From: Candidatus Poribacteria bacterium
Lineage (GTDB): Bacteria; Poribacteria; WGA-4E; PCPOR2b
Reading direction: 5' to 3'
Assembly (NCBI GenBank): GCA_965218095.1
Contig: OZ244587.1
Location: 5,440,001 to 5,504,000, forward strand
Length of the DNA: 64,000 nt
Shown: piece by piece, positions 52,752 to 61,902 of the stretch
Position numbering within the stretch: the first letter of the stretch is position 1
Layout of the letters: every line of letters starts with the position of its first letter
Made by a program: the position numbers and the translations under genes
The notes under the pieces: model-generated
What the model was told of the DNA's origin: nothing
Database searches by the model: none
What the model saw: the letters and a program-made list of their open reading frames with translations, nothing else

Positions 52752-53052
52752 GATGAATTCTCCGACTTGGGCAGCCCTCGCCCCGATTTTTTTATTTGGC
52801 AATTAACATTTGCGCGTAGCAGAGAAGGGGTTTCGGCGGTAATCATAAAGTACATCTCCTCACTGCACGTCCCCAATATGATCGGGATCTAAAGCGACCT
52901 GAAGCTAAGTCAACGAAGGTCATGCCGTAAATTTCCTATGCCGACCTCCCCCAACTCCTCCTTCCCAAGGGGGAGTTAGAGGGGGTTGTATTATGGGAAA
53001 TTATTTTCTTATTTTCAATTAAGTCTAGTATAAGAGCCCTCCAGCGCCTTCC

Positions 53053-53096
53053 ATACTTCACGAGAAAGATTTCAATACTTCACGAGAAAGATTTCA
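53053..53096 (+). repeat. 22-bp tandem duplication
   Basis: ATACTTCACGAGAAAGATTTCA twice, at the 3' end of the ADH gene. Confidence 0.85.
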
Positions 53097-54197
53097 ATCA
53101 AACACGACCAGCGACCGCGCCACATCCCCCTTCTCCAGCGCGTCAAAGCCATCGTTAATCTCCTCCAGCGACAGGCGCATGGAAATCATCTCATCCAGCA
53201 GCAGCCGCCCTTCCATGTACAGGTTCGCCAAGCGTGGAAAGTCAACGCGTGGCCGACTCATTCCGTAAGAGGTACGCACGATTTCGCGTTCCCCCATCAG
53301 GATGTGGAAGGGAAACGAGACTTCCTCCCCAAATGGGGTCTTGCCGAGAATCACAACCCGTGCGCCGGGGCGTGACGCTTCCAAAGTCTGCCGAATCGAG
53401 ATATTTTGGCCCGCCGCTTCGATGGCGTAGTCGGCGCCTCGTCCCTGTGTGAGGTCTCGCACAAATTCGATTGGGTCATCTTTTGTGCTGTTGACAATGT
53501 GCGTAGCGCCGAACTTCTCTGCCCACTCCAGCTTCAAGGGGTTAATGTCTACCCCCACGATGATCGACGCGCCCGATATCCGAGCCCCTTGAATCACACT
53601 GAGCCCCACCGCACCGCAGCCAATCACCACGACACTGGTTTCCGGTTTGATGCGGGCGGCGTGGATGGCTGCCCCATAGCCGGTCATGACGGCGCAGCCG
53701 AGCAGAGCAGCACAGTCGAGTGGAAAGTCTTTACGCAGCGGCACCGCCGCCTGTTCAGCAATCACATTGTACTCAGCGTGCGATGAGACGAGGCTATAGT
53801 AATGCACCGGCTTACCGTCGAGCGACATTCGCGTGGTGCCATCGAATAGCACACCTCTCGCGTTAGCGTCTCGCGCCACTTCGCAAAGGATGGGCTGACT
53901 GTGGTCACAGTAAAAGCAGTGGCCACAGTTTTGGCTCAACGAGCACACAACATGGTCGCCGACCTTGACGCGCGTGACACCTGGACCGACTGACTCCACA
54001 ACGCCAGCGGCCTCGTGGCCAATCACAGCAGGCAGGTTCACCGGCTGATAGCCGTGCATGGTCTCCCAGTCCGTGTGGCAGAGACCGCTGGCGGCGATCT
54101 TTACACGCACTTCGCCCGGACCGGGGTCAGCGATATCGATTTCCTCGACGGAGAGTTTTCCTGGCGTCGAGTACAGGATAGCTGCTTTCATCTTCAT
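53094..54197 (-). CDS. Zn-dependent alcohol dehydrogenase (class III-like MDR)
   Basis: GLCHTD, GHEAAG, CGHCFYC...C, LLGCAVMTG, GCGAVG; start ATG 54197. Confidence 0.92.
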   Translation of the reverse strand: MKMKAAILYSTPGKLSVEEIDIADPGPGEVRVKIAASGLCHTDWETMHGYQPVNLPAVIGHEAAGVVESVGPGVTRVKVGDHVVCSLSQNCGHCFYCDHSQPILCEVARDANARGVLFDGTTRMSLDGKPVHYYSLVSSHAEYNVIAEQAAVPLRKDFPLDCAALLGCAVMTGYGAAIHAARIKPETSVVVIGCGAVGLSVIQGARISGASIIVGVDINPLKLEWAEKFGATHIVNSTKDDPIEFVRDLTQGRGADYAIEAAGQNISIRQTLEASRPGARVVILGKTPFGEEVSFPFHILMGEREIVRTSYGMSRPRVDFPRLANLYMEGRLLLDEMISMRLSLEEINDGFDALEKGDVARSLVVFD

Positions 54198-54240
54198 GGT
54201 GTTTGTCCTAACTAATGGCCCGTCAAATTCATCTGTTGAA

Positions 54241-55854
54241 TCAAGCAAGGGCACCAACTGTTCGGGCAAAGCTATCTTGATACACCTGCGGATCAACCCG
54301 TGCGTCAATGAGCGTCGTTCCATCCCCTTCCATCGCAAGTTTCAACTCGCTTTCAAACTGTTCGGGCGTGTCCACGGTCACACCTCTCAAGCCGCACGCT
54401 GTGGCAATTCCGGCGAAATCGACGGGATGGAGATTCAAGCTGTATTCGGGCATGCCGCGCGATTTCTGTCGGGACTTCATTGTTCCCAGCGCTTGGTCAT
54501 TGATAATAACTAGCGGTGTTGCGACACCAGTCCGCGCAAATGTCTCCAGTTCACCCAGACGCATCAACAGGCTGCCGTCCGCGCCAATGCCCACCGCGGG
54601 CATGTCGGGCTTTGCCAGCTTTGCGCCGAGAATGGCTGGCAGCATCAACCCCATGGTTCGTCCGCCCGCCGTTCCCCAATAGGTACTTGGATCATCCACG
54701 GGCCACAGGGTTTCAACCATACGGATATAAACGCCCGTTTCTGAAAATAAAACGCCTTCTGCTGGCAGTACATTACGTGTGATTTCGACGATGTCTTGTG
54801 CTGCAAGTTGAACCCCCTCCGGACGCTTAAAGTATTGCAGGATTTTCTGACGCGTCTCCTTGATTTCGTCTTCGGAAAAGCCCTGCTGCTTATGCTCCGA
54901 TAAGTTCTTGAGCATCGCTTTCAAATCGCCGTTCACACGAACCTTCGGGTTGGGCGACAACGTTTCATATTCCGGTTGGGGGACGAGCTCGCAGGTTGGG
55001 AGATCGACGTTCCACGGGACGTGTGTCATCATGGCGTCTGCGCCGACCAACAGCACCCTGTCTGCTTCAGCCATGAGCTCGGTCTCAATGGTGTTGGGGC
55101 CGTAACCGCCGGTCATGACGCCTGCCCAACGGGGATGGGATTCGGGAAAAACGCCGCGGGCATCCATGTTAACCAGCACCGCCGCACCGATGTTCTCAAC
55201 CAGGGTCAATAACTCCTCATTTGCCCCAGCCCGCACGACATCCGTACCGGCGATGACGGCCGGTCGACGAGCGGTTTGAATGAATTCGCGGACAGCGGTA
55301 AGTTGAGCCTCATCTAGTGGAGGCGCCGGCGAAGCCTTGGGGGGCAAGGGATTGCCGCATTCGGCTAGGCCCAGATCCGAGGGAAGGTTTAAGAGGACGG
55401 GCCCAGGTCGTCCGTCTGTCGCCTGAAATACAGCTTCCTGCACAGATGCCGCCGCACTGTCAGCAGTCAAGACGCCCTGGCACTTCACCACCGCGCCGAA
55501 TAACTGCGCGTGATCGCAGTGCTGAACCATCTCTCGCTGCATCACATGTGCCGGTGAAGACTCACAGAGACAGACGACCGGCGCACGTTCAAAATAGGCA
55601 TTGACGGCGCCACCGGCGAGATTGCCTGCGCCAATTCCCTTCACGGCCAACGCCAGCCCTGCCGTGTCCTTCATAAGGCCGTAGTACGCCGCCATGATCG
55701 CTGCGGACGATTCGTGCGCAACGCTTACAAAATCGACGCCGAGCTGTCGTCCGGCTTCCATCATGTCCAACGGAGAGCCGCCACCGGGAAGACCGAAGAA
55801 GTGTTGCAATCCCCGCGCTCTTGCTTCAGTGAGAATCAATTCTGCCAGTTTCAT
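54241..55854 (-). CDS. Thiamine pyrophosphate-binding enzyme (acetolactate synthase-like)
   Basis: FGLPGG, HESSAA.MA, GRPGPV.L.LP, ADGSL...IIND TPP motif. Confidence 0.9.
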   Translation of the reverse strand: MKLAELILTEARARGLQHFFGLPGGGSPLDMMEAGRQLGVDFVSVAHESSAAIMAAYYGLMKDTAGLALAVKGIGAGNLAGGAVNAYFERAPVVCLCESSPAHVMQREMVQHCDHAQLFGAVVKCQGVLTADSAAASVQEAVFQATDGRPGPVLLNLPSDLGLAECGNPLPPKASPAPPLDEAQLTAVREFIQTARRPAVIAGTDVVRAGANEELLTLVENIGAAVLVNMDARGVFPESHPRWAGVMTGGYGPNTIETELMAEADRVLLVGADAMMTHVPWNVDLPTCELVPQPEYETLSPNPKVRVNGDLKAMLKNLSEHKQQGFSEDEIKETRQKILQYFKRPEGVQLAAQDIVEITRNVLPAEGVLFSETGVYIRMVETLWPVDDPSTYWGTAGGRTMGLMLPAILGAKLAKPDMPAVGIGADGSLLMRLGELETFARTGVATPLVIINDQALGTMKSRQKSRGMPEYSLNLHPVDFAGIATACGLRGVTVDTPEQFESELKLAMEGDGTTLIDARVDPQVYQDSFARTVGALA

Positions 55855-55911
55855 TATGATGTCCTCCTGTAAGTGTCTTTAACGGAAATTTTGGATATAA
55901 TTCATTTTATC

Positions 55912-56060
55912 TCAGGGATGGTCGCCAGAAAGAATCCACCGTTTCTTGGCGATTGCAAACGCGGTATCGAGCCCGCCAAGTTCATCGACAAGCCCGATTT
56001 CCTTCGCCTGTCTTCCGGTCCAGATCCGGACCTGGGCAATCTCATCAATCTCCGCTAATG
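55912..56060 (-). pseudogene. sppA: Signal peptide peptidase SppA remnant
   Basis: EIDEIAQ.RIWTGRQAKEIGLVDELGGLDTA..IAK fragment only. Confidence 0.65.
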
Positions 56061-56455
56061 GTGGGCGGTTAAGAGGTATCATGAGTCTTCGCCGATGAGA
56101 ATTGAAATTAGGGGCTTTTGACCCATTTTTCCGAGCGGGAAAAGGGGGAGAGGTAAAGCGCCGCCAGTTCAGGGACATTAGGCATCTGAAGCGATTCCTG
56201 CCTCAAAATATCTTCCCAACTCCGAGTCCGACACCTTTGATTGGGTCGAACTCAAGCCGATTTAGTGTTCATCGGTGTCCCAACACTAGCCGTGCCACTA
56301 GAAACTGTCAAAGTCGGGTTTCATAGGTGGAGAGTATTTAATTAAGACGACCAAAAATTATGATGAATATAACAAGTACGATCCGCAGAATGTTTGGTTC
56401 ACGGCGGATGCAGTGACGGAGATTGAAGTTCGTATTTTCTATGGCAGGTGAGGCC

Positions 56456-56821
56456 TTATGGCTCTTTGTAAAATGGATTATAAGTGCTCCGTTCCCCAAT
56501 TCGTCCTGCAGCCCTCCTACCTGTACTGTAGCCATCAAGCGTATTAAGTCCCTCTGTGATTCTTTCAAGATACTCTACACAGTATTCTAATGTTTCTAGG
56601 TTACGACCAAGATCGTAAATAAGAATTGATTTACCTGATTTTGTTGTTGCGAATATTGATGTTCCAGCATTTGTCTTTTCTATGAAACTAATTTCTGAAA
56701 TCCTTATAAGGCTTCCATTGTGAGTAACAAGCCACTCAGGTTCTTTATCCCTTTCTACATCTAACCCTTTACATCCTACTACTAAAAAGAACATGAAAAA
56801 TAGGCACTTTAATTTCAGCAT
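56456..56821 (-). CDS. Hypothetical AT-rich lipoprotein
   Basis: Lipobox VVGC after a hydrophobic leader, AGGGG RBS. Confidence 0.55.
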   Translation of the reverse strand: MLKLKCLFFMFFLVVGCKGLDVERDKEPEWLVTHNGSLIRISEISFIEKTNAGTSIFATTKSGKSILIYDLGRNLETLEYCVEYLERITEGLNTLDGYSTGRRAAGRIGERSTYNPFYKEP

Positions 56822-57409
56822 TTTTAACCCCCTATCAAGATAGAGGTATTATAGTAGAATTCACAGAAATTGGCTACCGTTTTTTAGGATATAGTAAAAG
56901 ATATGGACTATCGTGGAGATTTGCCGAATAAGCCGCTGCATGAGATTCGGGACGAAGATCATTTATTAAAGACAGTGCAGCATCTGCTGGGGATTAATGT
57001 TTAGAAACTCACTTTACTCGTTTGTCGCCCGCAAGATTTTGATTGACTTTATCTTTCGCATAAACTTTGACGCTTATTATTGTAACAAAAGTTGAAAATT
57101 AGTGCAATAATATAAATTATTGAGGAACGATAACCCCCTATGGTTTTTCTGGAACTGCTGTGCCAACTCATGCGTTTTCAAGATAATCTCGGCGGGACAT
57201 TTGCTGGAGCAAAACAGGTTTATTCAGCGCTTTGTACAACTGCCGTTCAATCGCGATCTCGTAACGACAGATTGCGACATCGCAACTATCAAAACCGTCT
57301 AAAAGTAGGTCGATTTTCCAAAATCGACATTCTGGAATAGGGAGCAACTTGCGTTAGAATAGGTAGAAACTTGGGTTAATTTAACATCCCTTCGGTAGGA
57401 GAATAATCA

Positions 57410-57522
57410 TTGCCAAAAAATAACACCGTCGTAAATACTCCACAAACAACAATTCCGTTTTCCGCATCAGATCAAGAACAATTAGACATATCCACCCTTG
57501 AAACATGGCTATGGGCTGCCGC
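57410..57522 (+). pseudogene. hsdM: Duplicated 5' fragment of hsdM
   Basis: MPKNNT..TPQTTIPFS..DQEQLDISTLETWLW nearly identical to the start of 61903..63543, with the same AGGAG RBS and TTG start. Confidence 0.85.
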
Positions 57523-57612
57523 CGGGGACGTTTCGTTTCATGCGCATCCGAGGAGAAGAATTCCCGGGACGGGTCTGAATCCTTCAGCCAGCCGTGAACG
57601 CGGGGACTTCTG

Positions 57613-58254
57613 TCATGCCTCCATTGTTTTCCTTTGGTTACGTTTTAGAGATTCCACGTCGTCTAGGTGACATTTTTTATATTTCTTTCCGCTTCCACAG
57701 GGGCACAAGTCGTTTCTACCAAGGTTCCGTTCCGCGAAATTGAAGATTTCCGAGCGGTATTCCCTTAGTCCTTCTTCGCCATGCGAGTATTCTCCCCAAA
57801 GGTCATTTCGACTTGCGGCAATGCCAAATTTTTCTGTGTAAGAGAGCCAATAAAAAAATGGAATTACTAGTTCCTGAAGGAACTTTTCGATGCTAAGATC
57901 CTTGTTATCTCCGCATTTGAGACCCAAGCAACACAAGTCATCGTCTGAGTAAAAGTGCAAGTCAACGAGTGGAACGTTGCATTTTTGGGCGATTTGATAA
58001 TGCCGCCCGCTGACTTCATACACTTTTGGCCATCCGTTCGGGTCGGGAATCTCCAAGAAAATCTCAATCTCGAAAACGTCGCAAATGAAGCGGTTGGCTG
58101 TTCTGGCACCATCGTCAACTATCACTTTTCCCGATTCGCTATCATACGCGGCGCAAAAGTCAAGTTCGCCTACAATCTTTTGAGAATCTGCCTCGTATTG
58201 TAGGTTCGGAAAGCGCGATTCTAACCATTTGATGTCGCTGTTGGTTATTTTCAT
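57613..58254 (-). CDS. CBASS ancillary protein: prokaryotic E2-like domain + SEC-C motif
   Basis: WPKVYE...LHFYSDDDLCCLG resembles a UBC/E2 active-site region; WGEYSHG; GRNDLCPCGSGKKYKKCH is SEC-C. Confidence 0.7.
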   Translation of the reverse strand: MKITNSDIKWLESRFPNLQYEADSQKIVGELDFCAAYDSESGKVIVDDGARTANRFICDVFEIEIFLEIPDPNGWPKVYEVSGRHYQIAQKCNVPLVDLHFYSDDDLCCLGLKCGDNKDLSIEKFLQELVIPFFYWLSYTEKFGIAASRNDLWGEYSHGEEGLREYRSEIFNFAERNLGRNDLCPCGSGKKYKKCHLDDVESLKRNQRKTMEA

Positions 58255-58262
58255 GGATAAAA

Positions 58263-59210
58263 CTACCTTGCATAAGGCTTTCTGGGCGTTACTATTACCG
58301 GCGCAACACCTTTGTGAGTGTCATCCTTGAGTTTTCCAAAATTGTCATTAAACAATTCTCTCCACTTTTTGACACTGGTGTTGTGGTCTTTCGCATCAAA
58401 CGCTTCGTTGATCTTAGCGTTGTAAAGATCGAACATTTTCCGAAAATGACTATATTTGCCTTGGTCCCAGTGTCTGGTGAAACTTTCTGTAGGTAAAACC
58501 GGATTATAGATTTCGGGCATTAAGGAATTGTCCTGCAAAAAAATGTTGATCCGGTTTGAGATTATCTTTAAAGACGTTGGAATGTCCTTAAAATTTTCGC
58601 TACCCTCATCACTAGCATATACACTGTTACCAATAAGCGTGGTTAGGAGAATTGATTTTACGGAAAAGTTCCCTTTGTGGTCTCGAAGAAATTTTAACAA
58701 TCGCGTGCCCCGCTTTAAATTCCCGTTGGTAATTCTCGTTTTCTCGTTGAACCAATCCCTATAGCCTGTCCCATCAGTCTCTTCAAGGCAATTTTCCTTG
58801 TTATTGCAGATATAATGTTCCGCTCCGTCCGTAATGCAGGGAACAAGATCTAAGTGGAAGTCGCCTGCATAATCAATATAGACACACCGGGTTCTTCTGT
58901 GGACCTTATCTTCATAATTGCCGTTTTCCTTTAAGCAGTCATAAACGTCGTTGATATAGTCCTTTGGTTCTTTGTCGTCATCGGATGTCATGTACAAGAG
59001 CATATCAGCATCATATTCGCGATCGCCCACAGGTTTAATAATTGTCTTCAAGCCGTAGGAGCCTTGCCGTTCAGTCTTTTGGTATGCATCCAAATTTTCG
59101 CTGAGGTAGGTGTCCACAGCCGAAGAACTTTGATTCAACTTTTGGAGTCGCGTTTCATTAAGATTTACCTCAGTGCTGAGGAACTCTTGGAAATATGTTA
59201 TATGCTTCAT
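58263..59210 (-). CDS. CD-NTase (SMODS / cGAS-DncV-like nucleotidyltransferase)
   Basis: QGSYGLKTIIKP, EYDAD, RCVYIDYAGDFHLDLVP, NPVLP.E.F, KKWRELF...FG, C-terminal PRKPY. Confidence 0.9.
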   Translation of the reverse strand: MKHITYFQEFLSTEVNLNETRLQKLNQSSSAVDTYLSENLDAYQKTERQGSYGLKTIIKPVGDREYDADMLLYMTSDDDKEPKDYINDVYDCLKENGNYEDKVHRRTRCVYIDYAGDFHLDLVPCITDGAEHYICNNKENCLEETDGTGYRDWFNEKTRITNGNLKRGTRLLKFLRDHKGNFSVKSILLTTLIGNSVYASDEGSENFKDIPTSLKIISNRINIFLQDNSLMPEIYNPVLPTESFTRHWDQGKYSHFRKMFDLYNAKINEAFDAKDHNTSVKKWRELFNDNFGKLKDDTHKGVAPVIVTPRKPYAR

Positions 59211-59329
59211 TCTTTTTTCTCCTAATCTAATTTTCCTAGGTTTTATCGGTCACCTTCAAGATGACCTGGTATAGGATAACAGGGTTTAAGTCAAGACGTA
59301 CCAGTCTAAGCTAAACATTGTCGCAATAC

Positions 59330-60274
59330 TCAATTGTGAAAAGCATCAAATGGTTCTACTGGATTGCCAAGAAAAATCTCTTGGAGTTTAGGCAACGCGT
59401 GTCGGGCCTCAGAATGCCCAAGACCTTTCAACGAGTTAATTTCTTTTGTCCCGTCTAAATTAAACCTCCTACGGGGAACGACTGGATCAATCCTGATGAT
59501 GTTGTCATGCCCCGCAAGAAGTTTCGCTGTTCCGAGAGATCCATGGGATTGTGCGTGCATAAACACGTCAAGTAGCTTGGGTGTCCAATATGAAAGGCCG
59601 CGTGGGATTCTTCTTCCCCGATCGATATTTAATGGTTCGGTCGTACAACCTAAACTCAAGATTTTTAACGAATCTCTTGGCCACTCAAGTACCGAAATTG
59701 CTTCAACAACGGACATCCCCACAGGATTATTCGCCCACACACCACCATCTATCAAAGGAGTACCTGTAGCGGACCGATGTGCGGGAAAGTAAGTTGGGGC
59801 GGCGGAGGTTGCAAGTGCCACATCTACTGCCTTTTCCTTATAATCTCTCTCCAATCGAGGATGATGGGCGGTTTTGTAGATGTAGACCTCGCCATTTTCA
59901 AGGTTCAATGATGGAATGACAAGCCGCTTTCTGCTATCGCCCAATTTCTTTTCGCCGAAACGGTCCTTCAGTGCTTCCTTAAGAGGGGCACTATTGTACT
60001 TTGCGGTGCTAAGCCACCTAAGCCACCGTAACAAGCGATTTCCACCAAAAATGAGCGGCCCAGATTCTTCATAAAATGCCAATATCTCCTTGGCGGACAA
60101 TCCTAGACCAAGACCCAAAGCAATAATGCCGCCTGTTGAGGTCCCGACGATTAAGTCGAAGTAGTTTGCTACGTTGTCTCGAATTGAATCTTCAACAGTG
60201 GCGAGAAAGGAGGTTGGGAATACCCCCTTAATCCCGCCGCCGTCAATTGCTAGAATTCGTCTTTGTCTACTCAC
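59330..60274 (-). CDS. capV: CBASS patatin-like phospholipase effector
   Basis: ILAIDGGGIKG, GTSTGG, YKTAHH, ATSAAPTYF, DGGVWANNP; directly upstream of the CD-NTase. Confidence 0.9.
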   Translation of the reverse strand: MSRQRRILAIDGGGIKGVFPTSFLATVEDSIRDNVANYFDLIVGTSTGGIIALGLGLGLSAKEILAFYEESGPLIFGGNRLLRWLRWLSTAKYNSAPLKEALKDRFGEKKLGDSRKRLVIPSLNLENGEVYIYKTAHHPRLERDYKEKAVDVALATSAAPTYFPAHRSATGTPLIDGGVWANNPVGMSVVEAISVLEWPRDSLKILSLGCTTEPLNIDRGRRIPRGLSYWTPKLLDVFMHAQSHGSLGTAKLLAGHDNIIRIDPVVPRRRFNLDGTKEINSLKGLGHSEARHALPKLQEIFLGNPVEPFDAFHN

Positions 60275-60335
60275 TGTAACAATCTCCTTATTTTGATATT
60301 TTTCAAGTATGGGCTTAATTTTTTATGATTGCATT

Positions 60336-60364
60336 AGTATATTGTATAAAAAACGCGGTGTCAA
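60336..60364 (-). promoter_or_regulatory. Sigma70-type promoter of the CBASS operon
   Basis: Minus strand TTGACA (60364-60359), 17 bp spacer, TATACT (60341-60336). Confidence 0.7.
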
Positions 60365-60457
60365 GGTTTTTTTCATTGATTCGATTTTTAGTATTTACTT
60401 GAAAATCGTTTTCTTATATAATAGGGGTTACGCATATGGTCAGAAAATAGGTTATAA

Positions 60458-60493
60458 TACAGGCTATGAATCCACTACAGGCTATGAATCCAC
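60458..60493 (+). repeat. 18-bp tandem direct repeat in the divergent promoter region
   Basis: TACAGGCTATGAATCCAC twice, starting at the end of a TATAAT at 60453-60458. Confidence 0.85.
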
Positions 60494-60598
60494 TCAAATG
60501 CACTGAATACGACTATATCAACTTTCTGACTGCGGCTCCGAGAAACTACAGTTATACCGAGACAGCCAGAATCCAACCGAAAGGAGAAAAACACCGCC

Positions 60599-61852
60599 AT
60601 GAAATTAGGAGAACGCCTTCGTTCTATTCGTAAGGAGCACAAGCTAACTTTAAAGGAGTTAAGGCAGTACGCTGACCTGTCTGTTCCCTATCTGTCGAAT
60701 CTGGAGCGTGGTATCGTTAATCCATCTATAGAAACCCTTCAAAAGATTGCTAAGGCTTATAATATAACAGTCAGGGATTTGTTTAGCGGTGTTGAGAATC
60801 TAGGAGAATCAACACATGCAACTTACCCCAAAGAATTTGAAGCATTTCTAAAGGACCCCGAGTACAGTCAGGAAATCAGTGATGACTGGAAAGAGTTACT
60901 GATGAGAATTAATTTGCGTGGCAAGCGGCCCTCCTCTAAGAGAGAATGGGTCGAATTGTATCTTCACCTTAGACGGATTCTTTCCCAACAGGAGGAAAAA
61001 GTGATTGACATAAAAGCACATGTTATCAAATTAGTTCAGAATACTGTCAGGAAATATGCTTCTACGGAAATCCCCGATTTTGATGAAGTAAGTTCCGGCT
61101 TAGGGTTAGTTGTAAAGGAGGTTCCACTACCGCCGAAAGTAAACGGGGCAATTGAAGGAAGGACAATTCTTATCAATTCCCGGATTCAAAACAAAGAGCG
61201 GAAACAATTTACTCGATTTCATGAAGTCACGCATCACTTGATCGATGAAGATGAGGAATTAATCTCTGTACTTCACGATGTCACTTGGGATCAAAATGGT
61301 GAATACGAAAGACAAGTAGAAAGGCTTTGCAACATTGGTGCGGCTGAGTTTTTGATGCCTCGCGAGGAATTTACAAAACTTTATAAAGAAAAGGGATTTA
61401 GTGTCGAACTGATTCCCTTTGCCGCCAATTATTTTGAGAGTTCGGCAATTGCGACGACCATTCAACTTGCTCAAGTTGCACCGAATTCGTGTATTACCGC
61501 TATTTGCGAATTTGGATTAATCTCGAACAAAACAGCAAGGTCTCAAGGCGATCTTTTTGATGAGAAAAATCGTACTCCCAAACCGAAGTTGCATGTGGTC
61601 TATTCGGCTTCGTCTCCCGCAACGAAATATTGGTTGGCAAGAGACACGAATATTCCCGATGACCACCTGATCAATCAAGCATTCTTGGAAGCCCAACCTC
61701 TTGAAGGGGAAAGCTATGTCCCTTTTCGTAGTGGCAATCAGATGCCTTGTGACTGTGAAGCATTGCCAGACAAAGATAGGAATAGAGTTTATGCCTTATT
61801 CCATATGATCCCTCCACCGAATCCGAATCCTGACCAATTGACATTTATTTGA
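60599..61852 (+). CDS. Fusion of DdrO-like XRE repressor and IrrE/PprI-like Zn metallopeptidase (CapH-CapP-like)
   Basis: N-term SVPYLSNLERG..NPS.ETLQ...I.LRGKRP..K.EW.ELYLHLRRIL (DdrO-like); C-term FTRFHEVTH (HExxH), LCNIGAAEFLMP, PDDH, SYVPFRSG..MP (IrrE-like); no stop between. Confidence 0.88.
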   Translation: MKLGERLRSIRKEHKLTLKELRQYADLSVPYLSNLERGIVNPSIETLQKIAKAYNITVRDLFSGVENLGESTHATYPKEFEAFLKDPEYSQEISDDWKELLMRINLRGKRPSSKREWVELYLHLRRILSQQEEKVIDIKAHVIKLVQNTVRKYASTEIPDFDEVSSGLGLVVKEVPLPPKVNGAIEGRTILINSRIQNKERKQFTRFHEVTHHLIDEDEELISVLHDVTWDQNGEYERQVERLCNIGAAEFLMPREEFTKLYKEKGFSVELIPFAANYFESSAIATTIQLAQVAPNSCITAICEFGLISNKTARSQGDLFDEKNRTPKPKLHVVYSASSPATKYWLARDTNIPDDHLINQAFLEAQPLEGESYVPFRSGNQMPCDCEALPDKDRNRVYALFHMIPPPNPNPDQLTFI

Positions 61853-61902
61853 GATCTGGCAATTTAAACCCTATTTCAGGAAAACAACAAGGAGCATAAC
61901 CG

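Noticed and set aside
57120-57340. Short ORFs upstream of the hsdM fragment
   Set aside because: No recognisable motifs or convincing RBS; cannot support a CDS call
53053-60493. Tandem repeats at 53053 and 60458 as CRISPR remnants
   Set aside because: Only two abutting copies each, no spacers, no cas genes
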